Shown: positions 39,721 to 52,042 of the stretch, piece by piece
Position numbering within the stretch: position 1 is the first letter of the stretch
Layout: each line of letters begins with the position of its first letter
NCBI RefSeq assembly: GCF_021869535.1
Contig: NW_026262690.1
Coordinates: 36,518,001 to 36,582,000 of the forward strand
DNA length: 64,000 nt
Direction of reading: 5' to 3'
From: Mytilus californianus
Taxonomy: Eukaryota
Program-made: the position numbers and the translations under genes
The notes under the pieces: generated by a model
Seen by the model: the letters and a program-made list of their open reading frames with translations, nothing else
Told to the model about the DNA's origin: nothing
Database searches by the model: none

Positions 39721-40129
39721 TAGTATATTCTAACATTTAAAATGAAAGCAGCTTTTTCAAACAGCTAAACTATTATGAATAGCATCTCCTTATTTCTATA
39801 TAGAGAATAATACATTGGAAAATCTGTATCTACCCAAAGGATCAAATGATCAAATGATCAAATGATGTGTAAAGCCAATTGATAATAGGCGAGGGTTGTT
39901 ACAGCATACAATACAAATGTCAATTTGTTGTGTTTAATTTATTATATATCTAAACATTATAATCCTGAGAAAGGATATGATGGAATGCATGCAACATGTG
40001 GCGCTATTCTGGATTTACCTTCACGAGGAACGCTCGATCAAAGCCGAATATTTGAAAGGCAAGGATGTAAAAGAACCAACACAGTTGGAGAACTGGATAA
40101 CCAAAAAGGACTTTTAAAATAATAGCCAA

Positions 40130-40570
40130 ATCCATCTTAGGTCAACTTTGCCTCAGGCAGTTGAAACCTTAGTTTCTTAATAATTCATAAATCTATAAAC
40201 GGACTATTTAGAGAAAAGGTTAGTTATCAATCATTTCAGTACCGAAGAACTGACTAGCTGATGATACCCTCGGAGACTGATAGTCCAATGTATAAAAAAT
40301 CATCAAAGATATCAGATTTCTAATTTCATCAACAAAAGACTCATCAGTGGACGCTCGAATCAAGTTAAAAGGCCAAATAAAGTACGAAGTTGAAGTGCTT
40401 TGAGGACCAAAAATTCCGAAAGGTTTTGCTAAATACAGCTAAGGTAATCTTTTCCTGTGATAGAAAATCATTAGTATTTCGAAGAATTCTAAAGTTTTGT
40501 AAACAGTTAATTTATAAATATGACAATATCAATGATAATTCATATGATACAGGGCATTTGCTGTATGTTT
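40130..40570 (-). mobile_element. Retrozyme-type repeat with partial hammerhead (40323-40355)
   Basis: Minus strand GAGCGTCCA-CTGATGA-GTCTTTTGTTGAT-GAAA. Core boxes are intact but stem III and the cleavage site are deleted. Confidence 0.6.
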
Positions 40571-43523
40571 CAGTAATGCATTTAGATAAGATATTCTAAA
40601 CCGAAGACTTAACAGTTAAATAAATGATATAAAATGTTATCTGACGACTATTTGGCAACTATCACCGTATGCTTATATCATAGTAACACATGATTTCAGT
40701 CTTGGGCTGGTGTTTGTTACAGAACGAGTTCACAGTTGTTCCATGTGCACGAGAACGAGATAGTAAGGCTTTCGAAGAAGGGCTCTGATCTGAATTCATA
40801 ACAAAATTACATATCGGACTTTATCAAATTTTAAGCCATAATAAACTACGTCTTACTAAATCGTAATATGTCTGAAAAATTGTTAAATGCACATTTTATA
40901 TTGTAATTACTTATGTATAACGTGAATGGACAGAAACCAATAGATGAACTCATTTAACATGTAAAGGGTAATGGTTTAAAGTTTAACGTTGTGCAAGGTC
41001 ACACTGTTTATATACAATATTACTTACATCACGATTGTGTGACACTTTCGGAAAAAAGATATTTGTAGGACTCCTCCACTGTACATAATAAGGGTCACAA
41101 TACGTGACGCCAATTATTTATTTAAAATTTGCATACTTTTCATCAAAATGAACTCGAACCCTATTTATGGCATTGAAGTATGAAAACAGAACTTTAAATG
41201 CTTGATAAAGTATATGTCAATAATCTTGTAAATAAACAATTGAACATTATTTTGAATAGTTTCAATTGCGTTTGACTCATTTTGCAATTGTTTCCATTCG
41301 GTCAATTTGTATTTCAAACATTATATTCACAACATTCTTACGGCTTCGCTGAATCAATATACACAATTAGATCAAAGTATGTGTACCTCTCATTTTAATA
41401 TGATGGTAGTATAGTATCTCTAGCGTCACATGCTTTTTTGCCTGCAATCACGTTAAACAGATTTTAATCAAGGGCAACAGTAGTACTGATTTTCAAATCT
41501 CATATAAAATCCATTAAGAAGATACAAATCAAGGTAAAATGAAAACTGAGGAAATCGAATGAATTTCATAAATAGAAATACAGAGTGCATTTCCAGTTAT
41601 GCATGCATCGCCCGTCATGCGAATCCACACTCAGTCAAAATATCATAAATGTTGAAAATGGAAATGAATATTGATAAGAACGACAATTTATCTAAAATTA
41701 TATATAAATTTTTTGAAACTTAAATATTACATTTCTGAAGTAATGTTACTGTTAAAAGTTCTTGGAGCTTTCATTATAGTTACGATCGAGAACATAGACA
41801 AATTTAAAATGATAAAATGGCTCCAAGGAAAGCGAACATTAAGTTTAAAAGCAGAAATATTGCAGTATTTTGAATTTATTTACTACTCAGCTAGACTCAG
41901 GCAAAACAAAGTATAACCCAAATACCGAACTCTAAGGTAAATCCAAAAAGGGGAAGTCAATAAAAACTGACAAAATCAAACGTTATCAACGAACAGAACA
42001 TGTGAAAAACAACTGTCATATTCCTGACTTGGTACAGGCATTTTCCGAAGAAAATGATGGGTTAAACCTGGTTTTATACCTTTAGATCTTTGAAAACGAT
42101 AAAAACAAAAGTCTGTTCTAAGAGATATAATGTTGTCTCTAGTGACCTTTTTGGTTAAGTATGTAAAAGAAGATGTGGTATGATTGCCAATGAGACAACT
42201 ATCCACAATAGACCAAATGACACAGAAATTATCAACTATAGGTCACCGTACTGCCTTCAACAACTAGCAAAGCCCATACCGCATAGTCAGCTATGTTTGT
42301 GTTGGTTTGTTTTTCTAATCATGGTTATTCAAACAATTTCTTTAATCATAAAAAATCTCTACACAAAAATAATGTAATCCTCTTGATGGGTCATTTGTTT
42401 CTGATGATCGTATGCTTACACTCGTGAGTTGGTAACAAGGATAAATTATTAAGCAAAGTAGTTATGTGGTATTCCACTCTTAACGGAAAAAAATGTTCTA
42501 AGAAAAATCCTGAACTCCAAAGTAAATAAAAAAAAATGGGAGGTCCATGAAAACTGACAAAACCAAACGCTCGACTATGTCAACAAATCGAACGACTGGA
42601 AACAACTGTCATATTTCTGACTTGGTTCAGACATTTTCGAAGTTACTTTCGTTGGGAACAATTGTATGATGAAGAAACACGTGTCTGGTTTACTAAATTG
42701 TAATCCTGGTAAATTTTATGACTTTTTGTAAACTACATCATCATTAAAAGTGCAAGATATTCAAGGGACAGATTCCCATCAAACTATGAATGGCGTCTTA
42801 ACTGTTGGCAGTATTGAGCTATATGAAATTAAAAACAAATTACAAACATAAGGCCAGACCGTACTTTCACAATTATTACCAACATCACGTTGGTGTGATT
42901 ATTGTATTAAAATATGTTTCATCAGGCCAGTCCTAACGATGTAAACAAATCGGACACCATTTTTTTTAATCCCTTTTTTATTCTCTTTTATATCTGTTAT
43001 GTAAACAGGTTCTTTAACAACTGACAAGACTACAGGGCAATAGCACTATAGATAATCACATAGAACATGTACAGAATATATATTTTATTTGGAACAACTG
43101 ACAGACAATGTTTAGTTTTTTAGATTTGACTTTTAATTCAAAATTTTGGGGCTATATTCTGACAACAGACGGCTTTGATCTCGCTATATATTGCTTTCGG
43201 TTCACTATTTTATTTTATTTTCTAATAATGAGTTTAAAAAACCATGTTAGTGATAAGATTCTAACGGTAATGTTTTAACTGTCTTATAATATAATAGATT
43301 TTATATTGAATATTATATTTCTCAAAATGAAAACATTCAAAATATCTTTGATCTCAATTTAAAGATCTAGTTAAACAAATACCGTATCAGGTTTTTTTTT
43401 TAAACGCCCCCAGTTCAATGAAAACGTTTATTCTCTTTTAATTCTTTTGAAATAAAAAACATGAAATCGTGATTTCTTTGAATATAAGTAATACTGTGAA
43501 TGAGAAATTGGCACTCGGTATAG

Positions 43524-43530
43524 TATAAAA
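43524..43530 (+). promoter_or_regulatory. TATA box of the secreted modular-protein gene
   Basis: TATAAAA starting 43 nt upstream of the ATG (context TCAAAATG), with an Inr-like TCA at ~43552. Confidence 0.65.
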
Positions 43531-43566
43531 CTGGAGAAATTTCTCTTCTGATCACCAGGGATCAAA

Positions 43567-43629
43567 ATGAATCTGAAGTTAGTAGTTGTCCTTCTAGGTT
43601 TCTTGTGCATTTCACAAGCCTATCCTAGG
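43567..43629 (+). CDS. Exon 1: signal peptide MNLKLVVVLLGFLCISQA-YPR
   Basis: Basic n-region, hydrophobic core and S-Q-A cleavage site. Strong donor AGG|GTAAGT (phase 0). Confidence 0.85.
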
Positions 43630-45468
43630 GTAAGTTTTTGTTTTATGTTAGTTGTAATTTCTTTATCAATCTGTAATACTGTAATATATTTTTGAATTTG
43701 CCTCGGAAAACACACGAAAAATGCAAAGGATAAAACGTCAAATCTAAATTGAGCCTGTAAAACATAGTTCAGGGTTAGTGGATTCAACCATATAATGGTT
43801 TTTATTTCTTTTCGAAAGGTTTTGTGCTTTTCATTTATAAATTAAAAAGAACACACTTCATCAACAACACGCAGTAAAATAGATCGTCTTATGCACAAAT
43901 ATGAGTGAAAGGTATATATTATATATTTTCCAATCTAATCTGGATGAGTCGGTTGAAAACTATTTTTTACAAATCAGATTTTAACGTATAAAGATTGCAT
44001 CATGGGGGAAAAAATTAACATTTGGTACAACACCAATTGGAACATGAATCAAAAGTGCTTCGTAAAAAAAATAAGCTAAATTAAAATCCATACATTTTTT
44101 TAATAATTTGTCAAAATGTAGTTTATATCATGCTTTTTTCGAAAATATAATAAACAGTATGGGTCACCGGGCATTTTTTTCACGCCACAGGTTGTGCAAA
44201 ATTGTCAGCTTTTGTATAGATTATGCATGGAAACCTCAACTTTGTGTGATAAAATGAAAAATAAACCATAGAATTTTATGATAAAATATGAAAAGATAGC
44301 TCTAATAATATGCTTTCCGATAAGAAAAAGAAAAAAAATGGGTCACCGGACTCGTTTTCTTGCTACATAATAAAATAGGTAAATTCATAAACATGCTATT
44401 ATAAAAGGTACTTGATCTGAGTTATCTCCCCTTATGTTACAAAGTTGAAAAAAAATGAACCAAACAAAAATATTCTGGTTTATTTTTGGTAAAATATAGC
44501 CGTAAAATATGATAAAATACTTAATTTTCTATATTAAATTTGAAAAGTATTACACATGATTTACATATTACTCTCGAAATTTGCACATTTCATTAAAGAT
44601 CTAGACCGATTGTTATCTGCTACTTCAAAATCCAAGATGAAGGAAGACACCACAGCTACCTTAACATATACATGTATGATTTTTTTTCTCAAGTAGGATG
44701 TTTTAAGAGAATTGTCGTTCTTTATTTTGCTATATAAATAATGTGATAATGTGAGATGCGGGATAACTGTCAATGGTGTCAATAAAACATGTCAAGTTTT
44801 AAATTCATTCGATGCAAACAGCAATACACTTAAACATACATTATAGTTATACGCTTTTTTCTACAACAAGTGTTTCTATAAGTGTGTTGTCATTCGTTAA
44901 TGTTTAAAGGCGACCGTTTGCATTGTATGTACTTTGCCATATTATACCATCATTTTGATTCGGTCATTTTTATGGGAGATATGGGACTTTGATAATATTT
45001 TGGACTATCGTCCCACAATGACCCTCGTATATACAACTCCCCAGAAACCGTTTCAGAAAAAATTCTCGGACTAAGTAGGATCGTTTGACATTATATGTAG
45101 TTGACCATATTAAATTTTCATTTACATTCGAACATTTTACGGGAATTATAATACATAACTTTGACCTTATTGGACTATTGTAACATTATTACCCTTGTGA
45201 ATGCCACTCCGTTGAGACCGTTTGACAGACAACTCTCATATTTAGAGTGATTTTTTGCCATCATGTGCAGTTTACTATAATAAACCGTCATGTTGATACT
45301 ACCTTGTTACGGGATTTAAGGGATATTGATCACAATTTACGCATTTGCACGCAGATGGGCCCTCTGTGATTACATGTATTGGTCCTACACCGGTTTCCTT
45401 TTTTTGGAAACAAACAGAATGTTAAAATTATATATCTATAATTTTAACAAATGTTGTGAATTTTACAG

Positions 45469-45550
45469 AATCATCGCCGGCAAGATGGGGAATCTGCTGA
45501 CGAGGATCTCGAAAAACAAATCGAGGAGGAGTTTGAAGAACTCTTGAAAG
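45469..45550 (+). CDS. Exon 2: acidic module A1 NHRRQDGESADEDLEKQIEEEFEELLK
   Basis: TTTTACAG acceptor and AAG|GTAC donor; 82 nt; homologous to exons 5 and 8. Confidence 0.88.
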
Positions 45551-46016
45551 GTACTCGTTTTTTTATAATTGGATGAACCAGAAAAGTGTGTTTAATAATT
45601 TCTTACGTATATATGATCTCAGAATATTTCAACCAATGGTTCAGCATTGAATGCAATCATTTGGTTTCTGGTTTGTTCTGACATAATAATTTGAAATTTT
45701 AGCAATATATCAAAATTTGCATTGAAAATGCAAAGTAATCAAACACAAATCATACTCATAGGATCTCCTTTAATCAACAATTATGTATGGGTTTTGCTCA
45801 TTGTTGAAGGCCGTACGGTAACCTAAAGTTGTAAATTTCGATGTCTGTGATCTCTTGTGGAGAGTTGTCTCATTGACAATCAGACCACATCTTTTTATTT
45901 TTAACATTACAAAGTATGTGTTATAAATTCTTGAATGTAATTTTATAATGTGTTTTAGAAGTTGTTTGTTCATGGCAGTGCCGTATATTATTTTTTTTCT
46001 CATTTTTATCAATCAG

Positions 46017-46094
46017 ATGAAGGAAGACTGAGAAAAGGTGGAAAAGAAAATCAATCAGGAGGTGGAAGAGGCGAAGGAAGACTGGGTAACAAAG
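46017..46094 (+). CDS. Exon 3: Gly/basic module B1 DEGRLRKGGKENQSGGGRGEGRLGNK
   Basis: CAATCAG acceptor and AAG|GTAAAT donor; 78 nt, phase 1-1. Confidence 0.85.
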
Positions 46095-46449
46095 GTAAAT
46101 ATTAATATTTATTGAATAACTAATCCCAAAACTTAAATGTCGAAAAATACTTAACGAATGACTGAACGAAACATTAAGTCAAGAATGCGCGTAGAGCATA
46201 ATTTAATTATCAGTGCTGTTCGGTGACGAGTTGAATGATTTCTTTTCAAATCAACAGCTCAGTAGTCAGTGCTTCAGTACTGACATAATTTATAGCATGA
46301 TGCCTTTCTTAAATTCTGTGTTGATAAATCTACAAATAAGTAGCAAACTAAGGTTCAAATTCAAGTATTCTTTTCTGTCCCTTTTGGTCATATAGCTTTT
46401 CACGTATTCAAGTACTTATATCCCCTGTCTTTCATTTGGGTTTTGAGGT

Positions 46450-46472
46450 GGGGGGGGGGGGGGGGGGGGGGG
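46450..46472 (+). repeat. G23 homopolymer in intron 3, followed by TGAGCGTTCC x2
   Basis: Read directly. Confidence 0.9.
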
Positions 46473-47183
46473 TGAGCGTTCCTGAGCGTTCCTGATTAAA
46501 TTATTTTAAAACATCTCTGTTTTTGATGTAAAGCATTCTAATGAAACCAACAATGTCTATTTCTACACGTGCTATCTTCCTTTTTGACGCAACTTTGCTG
46601 ACAACGCATTATCAACATCTATTGTTGTATAAACTAAAATTACTGTTCACTGAGATTTCCCTTAAATTCTGAACCTGCTATGTTGAAAGTACTTTTTAGT
46701 AGAATTTTAAATATTGCATGAAACAAATCAATTGAAAAACTGGCCATGGCGTTGTAAGTTTCTCTCCGCCTCGTTTTTATAGCCAAATCTGCAGATTCGA
46801 CAAAATGAGAGTAAACAGTAGAAGACAGATATATATGTCAAATGTACATTATGCAACATACACACATGACATTTCCCATTTGTCAACATAATGTATTCAA
46901 AAGTTTTAAACAGTCAGATTTAAATCGGAGGACCAAACATTCCCTTTTGTCATTTTGCCTTTAAAAAATCAGTTGTTCGGACGTTTCAGAGAAGTATTAC
47001 TCAGACAAAAAGCTGAGATATTTTGTCAAGATAAATATAGATTCGTTTTTCCGAGAGTTTTTATCTATGTCATTACAGTTGATATGAAATTGAAGAATAG
47101 AAACTAAGTCTGATTCATATGGTTTTTATGAAACTTCAGTGATTTTATCTTTTTCATGTACCTTGATTTATTCTGTCTTTTAG

Positions 47184-47293
47184 GACCAAAAAGACCAAGC
47201 AGTACGGCAGAGCCAGATCAAAACGACAGACCAGCAAGACCAGAAACAAATGGAGAGAGACCAAAACCCTCGGATATGCCTGTAATGCCAGAG
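47184..47293 (+). CDS. Exon 4: Pro-rich module C1 GPKRPSSTAEPDQNDRPARPETNGERPKPSDMPVMPE
   Basis: CTTTTAG acceptor and GAG|GTAAAA donor; 110 nt; core of track ORF 47156..47392. Confidence 0.9.
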
Positions 47294-47513
47294 GTAAAAG
47301 TTATACCTGTACACTATGTCGAACATGTATGTAAGAGACTGCTAAAACACTTTAATTATAAAGAATTATTAAATATAATTTATGAAACTTAATTACTTTT
47401 CATGTTCGGTCTTTATTTTTGAATATATTGTCAATAAACTTATAGTTTAGGAAACAAAGCAAAATGTTAAAATAATGCATCGATTGTTCTAGCATATAAA
47501 ATAATTTTTACAG

Positions 47514-47595
47514 AATCGTCGGCGAGCATATGAGGAATCTGTTGACGAGGATCTAGAAAAAGAAATAGAAGAGGAGCTCGAAGACTTCTTGAAAG
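47514..47595 (+). CDS. Exon 5: acidic module A2 NRRRAYEESVDEDLEKEIEEELEDFLK
   Basis: TTTTACAG acceptor and AAG|GTACAT donor; 82 nt. Confidence 0.9.
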
Positions 47596-47802
47596 GTACA
47601 TTTTTTCCTATTATTTTGAAGCATCAGAAACGTTTGTTTAATGACTTAGTATGTATATGCTGGATTCTAGGAATAAAGTTAGAAAACCTACACCAAAAAT
47701 TTAGTTTAGCCTAGCAACTATTCTTAAACGATGGAATATAACTGCATAGTGTGATTGTTCATTATAATGTCTTTATTATGGTTGTCATTTCTATTAAACC
47801 AG

Positions 47803-47892
47803 GCGAAGGAAGCTCTAGGAAAGGCGGCAAAGAAGAAAAATTAGGAGGCGGAAAAGACAAAGATAGTGGTAAAGGAAGAATGGGTAACAAAA
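47803..47892 (+). CDS. Exon 6: Gly/Lys module B2 GEGSSRKGGKEEKLGGGKDKDSGKGRMGNK
   Basis: AAACCAG acceptor and AAA|GTAAAT donor; 90 nt. Confidence 0.85.
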
Positions 47893-49648
47893 GTAAATAT
47901 TGATAAATACGGTGCATAACTACTTAATATGTTTTTACTTTTAATATTCACGAACAATTACCCAGATATTGGGGTAATCGTCAATGACCAATCAACCTAT
48001 ACAAAATATCAAAGACTTATAAAAATTGTGTTTTTAACAGGTACATTCTACACTGGTTAATGGATTTTTTGTTTCATAGATTTAACACGTAGTAGGACAC
48101 TTTACATTTTCGATCTTACAAAAAGGAAAACCCACATACATAATTACGAATCTATTATACCCTAAAACATAAGAAGATCTATTCCTATGTGAAGTGTCGC
48201 TGTACTTGGTTCAAATTCTAGAGTACCATTATCCTAACGTACCATTATCCTTCACCGGTATTGTTATAAATAGAATACTTCATGGTTTTTAAAATGATGT
48301 ATACGTTTCCTTTTACGTTTCTTCGATTAATTTAACACAAAAACAATAATCAGAAGAAAACTCGAATGTCATAACATTTCAGTATAACATAGAAAAATAA
48401 TATTGATTGATTGATTTTTTGTTTAAAAGGTTCTAACGGGATCCTATTATTTCTCTTGTCTTTTGATTGTTTGAATAGCAATTTCTCGGAGTTTAAGTAA
48501 TCCGTTGCTGACTTTCCTCATTTTAGTTTCCTTGAATAATTGCTTGAGACAATTGTATCAATTGAAAACACTAAATTACAAAATCATAAAATGTGCTTAT
48601 CAATCTTAAAAATAGGAAGAAGTTTATATTTTTATTCTTTATGCTTAAAAGTCTATCTAAAAAAATATGTGTGATACATGAACAAGTCTTGCTCCATTAA
48701 ACCGGTAGCGTCAACAGAAGTATTTCAAAGATATTATGCACTCCAAGCTAATGGTATTTTTTTTTCCAAATTACGATAACTTAAGTCTTATCTGTAGAAA
48801 CTAAAACACACATATGTTATGACCAGCGTACATAGATGAAAACATATCTGCATCTACCTATATCTTTGTATCTATAAAAGAATTTGGTGAAAGTTTTAAT
48901 AAACTTGTGGTTACGAAACCCCTGACTTAATAAATTACCAGTTATACTAAATTACATTCAGTTAATTATAAACACGACTACAAACACGGGCATAGCAAAA
49001 AAGTTGTGAAATATACACAGGTGCTAAAGGAACATATCACCGTCCAAAAGGGGAAAATTAACAATCGAGAACGAACAATCGTCTCTTTTGTCAAAACCGA
49101 GAACACAATTACAGTTATGTCTTTCGAATGAACTGACTTGACTGAATTTTCTAATAAATCATTGGAAACTTCAGTCAAGTCATGCAACACTTAACATTCT
49201 GCTTCATTCGACCCGGTCTTGAATTTGTATTTGATTGCTACTTCTCAAGAATATCTCCCGAAAAGGTCCAGATTCATTTTTTGGTCGCTTCACCAGAAGT
49301 TATTCTTGAGATGTGCAGAGGAGAGCAATAAAACACGCCCCTGTAAATAACGCAACGAAATGCGAAATGAACGCTACTCTAAACTCCGAAACATACAAAT
49401 GAACCAAAATTTTTAAAAAAACTCACAGAAGAATAACAAAGACTTGAGGTTCCTGACTTGGGACAGAGGCAAAAATGAAAAAAAATAAAGCTTCGAATTA
49501 TGCAATATTTTGGCGTTTTTGCTGCAATTGCATCTTTCTTCGCTTTGTTTTGATTTTCTTATCTCTTTCTCATCTATTTATCTTTTCAGTATTCAACTGA
49601 TTTGTTTTGCATTTTGTAGCAATTTATGCGTTATATTCTTTATTTTAG

Positions 49649-49758
49649 GACCAAAAAGACCAAGCAGTACGGCAGAGCCAGATCAAAACGACAGACCAGC
49701 AAGACCAGAAACAAATGGAAAGGGACCCAAACCTTCGGATATGCCAGTAATGCCAGAG
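49649..49758 (+). CDS. Exon 7: Pro-rich module C2 RPKRPSSTAEPDQNDRPARPETNGKGPKPSDMPVMPE
   Basis: TATTTTAG acceptor and GAG|GTAAAA donor; near-identical to exon 4. Confidence 0.9.
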
Positions 49759-49978
49759 GTAAAAGTTATACATGTACACTATGTCGAACATGTATGTAAG
49801 AGACTGCTAAAAACAATTTAATTATAAAGAATTATTAAATATAATTTATGAAATATATTTACTTTTCGTGTTCGGTCTTTATTTTTGAATATATTGGCAA
49901 TAAACCTGTAGTTAAGAAACAAAGCAAAATGTTAAACCAGTGCATCGATTGTTCTTATATATGAAATAAATTTTACAG

Positions 49979-50060
49979 AATCGTCGGCGAGCATATGAGG
50001 AATCTGTTGACGAGGATCTAGAAAAAGAAATAGAAGAGGAGATCGAAGACTTCTTGAAAG
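49979..50060 (+). CDS. Exon 8: acidic module A3 NRRRAYEESVDEDLEKEIEEEIEDFLK
   Basis: TTTTACAG acceptor and AAG|GTACAT donor; 1 aa different from exon 5. Confidence 0.9.
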
Positions 50061-50327
50061 GTACATGTTTTCATTCAGAAACGTTTGTTTAATGACTTAG
50101 TATGTATATGCTCTGATTTTGTATAACGAATAGAGCATTGAAATAAATCATTTGGTTTACTGTTTTGTACTGACATAAAAGTTTCGGAATTCTAGGAATA
50201 AAGTCAGAAAACCTACACCAAAAATTTAGTTTAGCCTAACAAATATTCTTAAACGATGGAATATAACTGCATATTGTGGTTGTTCATTATAATGTCTTTA
50301 TCATGGTTGTCATTTTTATCAAACCAG

Positions 50328-50417
50328 GTAAAGGAAGCTCTAGGAAAGGCAGCAAAGAAGATAAATTAGGAGGCGGAAAAGACAAAGATAGTGGTAAAGG
50401 AAGAATGGGTAACAAAA
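50328..50417 (+). CDS. Exon 9: Gly/Lys module B3 GKGSSRKGSKEDKLGGGKDKDSGKGRMGNK
   Basis: AAACCAG acceptor and AAA|GTAAAT donor; 90 nt; paralog of exon 6. Confidence 0.85.
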
Positions 50418-52042
50418 GTAAATATTAATAAATACGGTGCATAACTACTTAATGTGTATTTACTTTTAATATACATGAAATATTACCTAGATATTAGGGT
50501 AATCGTCAATGACCAATCAAACTATACAAAATATCAAAGACTTATAAAAATTGTGTTTTTAACAGGTACATTCTACACTGGTTAATGGATTTTTTTGTTT
50601 CATAGATTTAACACGTAGTAGGACACTTTTCATTTTCGATCTTACAAAAAGAAATTACCACATAAATAATTACGAATCTATTATACCCTAAAACATAAGA
50701 AGATCTATTCATATGTGAAGTGTCACTGTAATGGGTTCACATTCTAGAGTAGGACATAACTTACCATTATCCTTTACTGGTATTGTTATAAATAGAATAC
50801 TTCATGGTTTTTAAAATGATGTATACTTTTCCTTTAACGTTTCTTCGATTAATTTACCACAAAAAACTAATCAGAGACCCGAATGTCATAACATTTCAGT
50901 ATAACATAAAAAAAAATAATATTGATAATAGCAATTCCTCGGAGTTTAAGTAATCTGACTTTCCTCATTTTAGTTTCCTTAAATAATTGCGTGAGACAAA
51001 TGGTATCAATTGAAAACATTAAATTACAAAATCATAAAATTTGCGTATCAATCTTAAAAATATGATGGAGTTTATATGTTTTATTCTTCATGTTTAAAAG
51101 TCTATCTAAACAATAATATGTGTGATACATGTACAAGTCTTGCTCCTTTAAACCGGTAGCGACAAAAGAAGTTTTTTAAAGATATTATACACTCCAAGCT
51201 AATGGTATTTTTTGTTTTTCCAAATAACGATTACTTAAGTTTTATCTGTAGAAACTAAAACACGCATAATTTATGACGAGCACACATAAATGAAAACATA
51301 TCTGCATCTACCTATATCTTTGTATCTATGAAATAATTTGGTAAAGGTTTTAATAAATTTGTAGTAACGAAACCCCTGACTCAATAAATTACCAGTTATA
51401 CTAAATTACATTCAGTTAATTTTAAACGCGACTACAAACACGGGCATATCAAACAAGTTGTGAAATATACACGGGTGCTAAAGGAACATATCACCGTCCA
51501 AAAAGGAAAAATTAACAATCGAGAACGAAAAAATCGTCTCTTTTGTAACTTTTTGCATACTTTCTAGCGTCAACTTTGCTTTTACACTTACATCAATGAC
51601 AAAACCGAGAACACAATTACAGTTATGTCTTTCGAATGAACTGACTTGACTGAATTTTCCAATAAATCATTGGAAACTTCAGTTAAGTTTTACAACACTA
51701 AAAATTCTGCTACATTCGACCCCATCTTGAATTTGTATTTGATTGCTACTTCTCCAGAATATCTCTCGAAAAGGTCTAGATTCATTTTTTGGACGCTTCC
51801 CCAGAAGTTATTCTGGTGATGTGCAGAGGAGAGCAATAAAACACTCCCCTGTAAATAACGCTACGAAATGCAAAATAGACGCCACACTAAACTCCAAAAC
51901 ATACAATTAAGCCAAAACTAAAAAAAAAAACTCACAGAAGGATTCAAATATTTCTTTCATTGTTAAGAAGACATGAGTACTTTTTCAAGACTGATTTGTA
52001 TCACCTTCCTTAAACGAAAATACATCCTATTTTTCCTTTTAG

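Larger units (their letters stand above)
47184..51940 (+). repeat. Tandem segmental duplication of a three-exon cassette (47184-~49430 vs 49649-~51940)
   Basis: Exons and introns align throughout; introns 4 and 7 are both 220 nt; exon-to-exon period is 2465 bp. Confidence 0.95.

Noticed and set aside
200-42930. Other isolated CTGATGA hits (~226, 1843, 8602, 11459, 25582, 40258, 42920) as hammerheads
   Set aside because: No stem II, GAAA box or closing stems.
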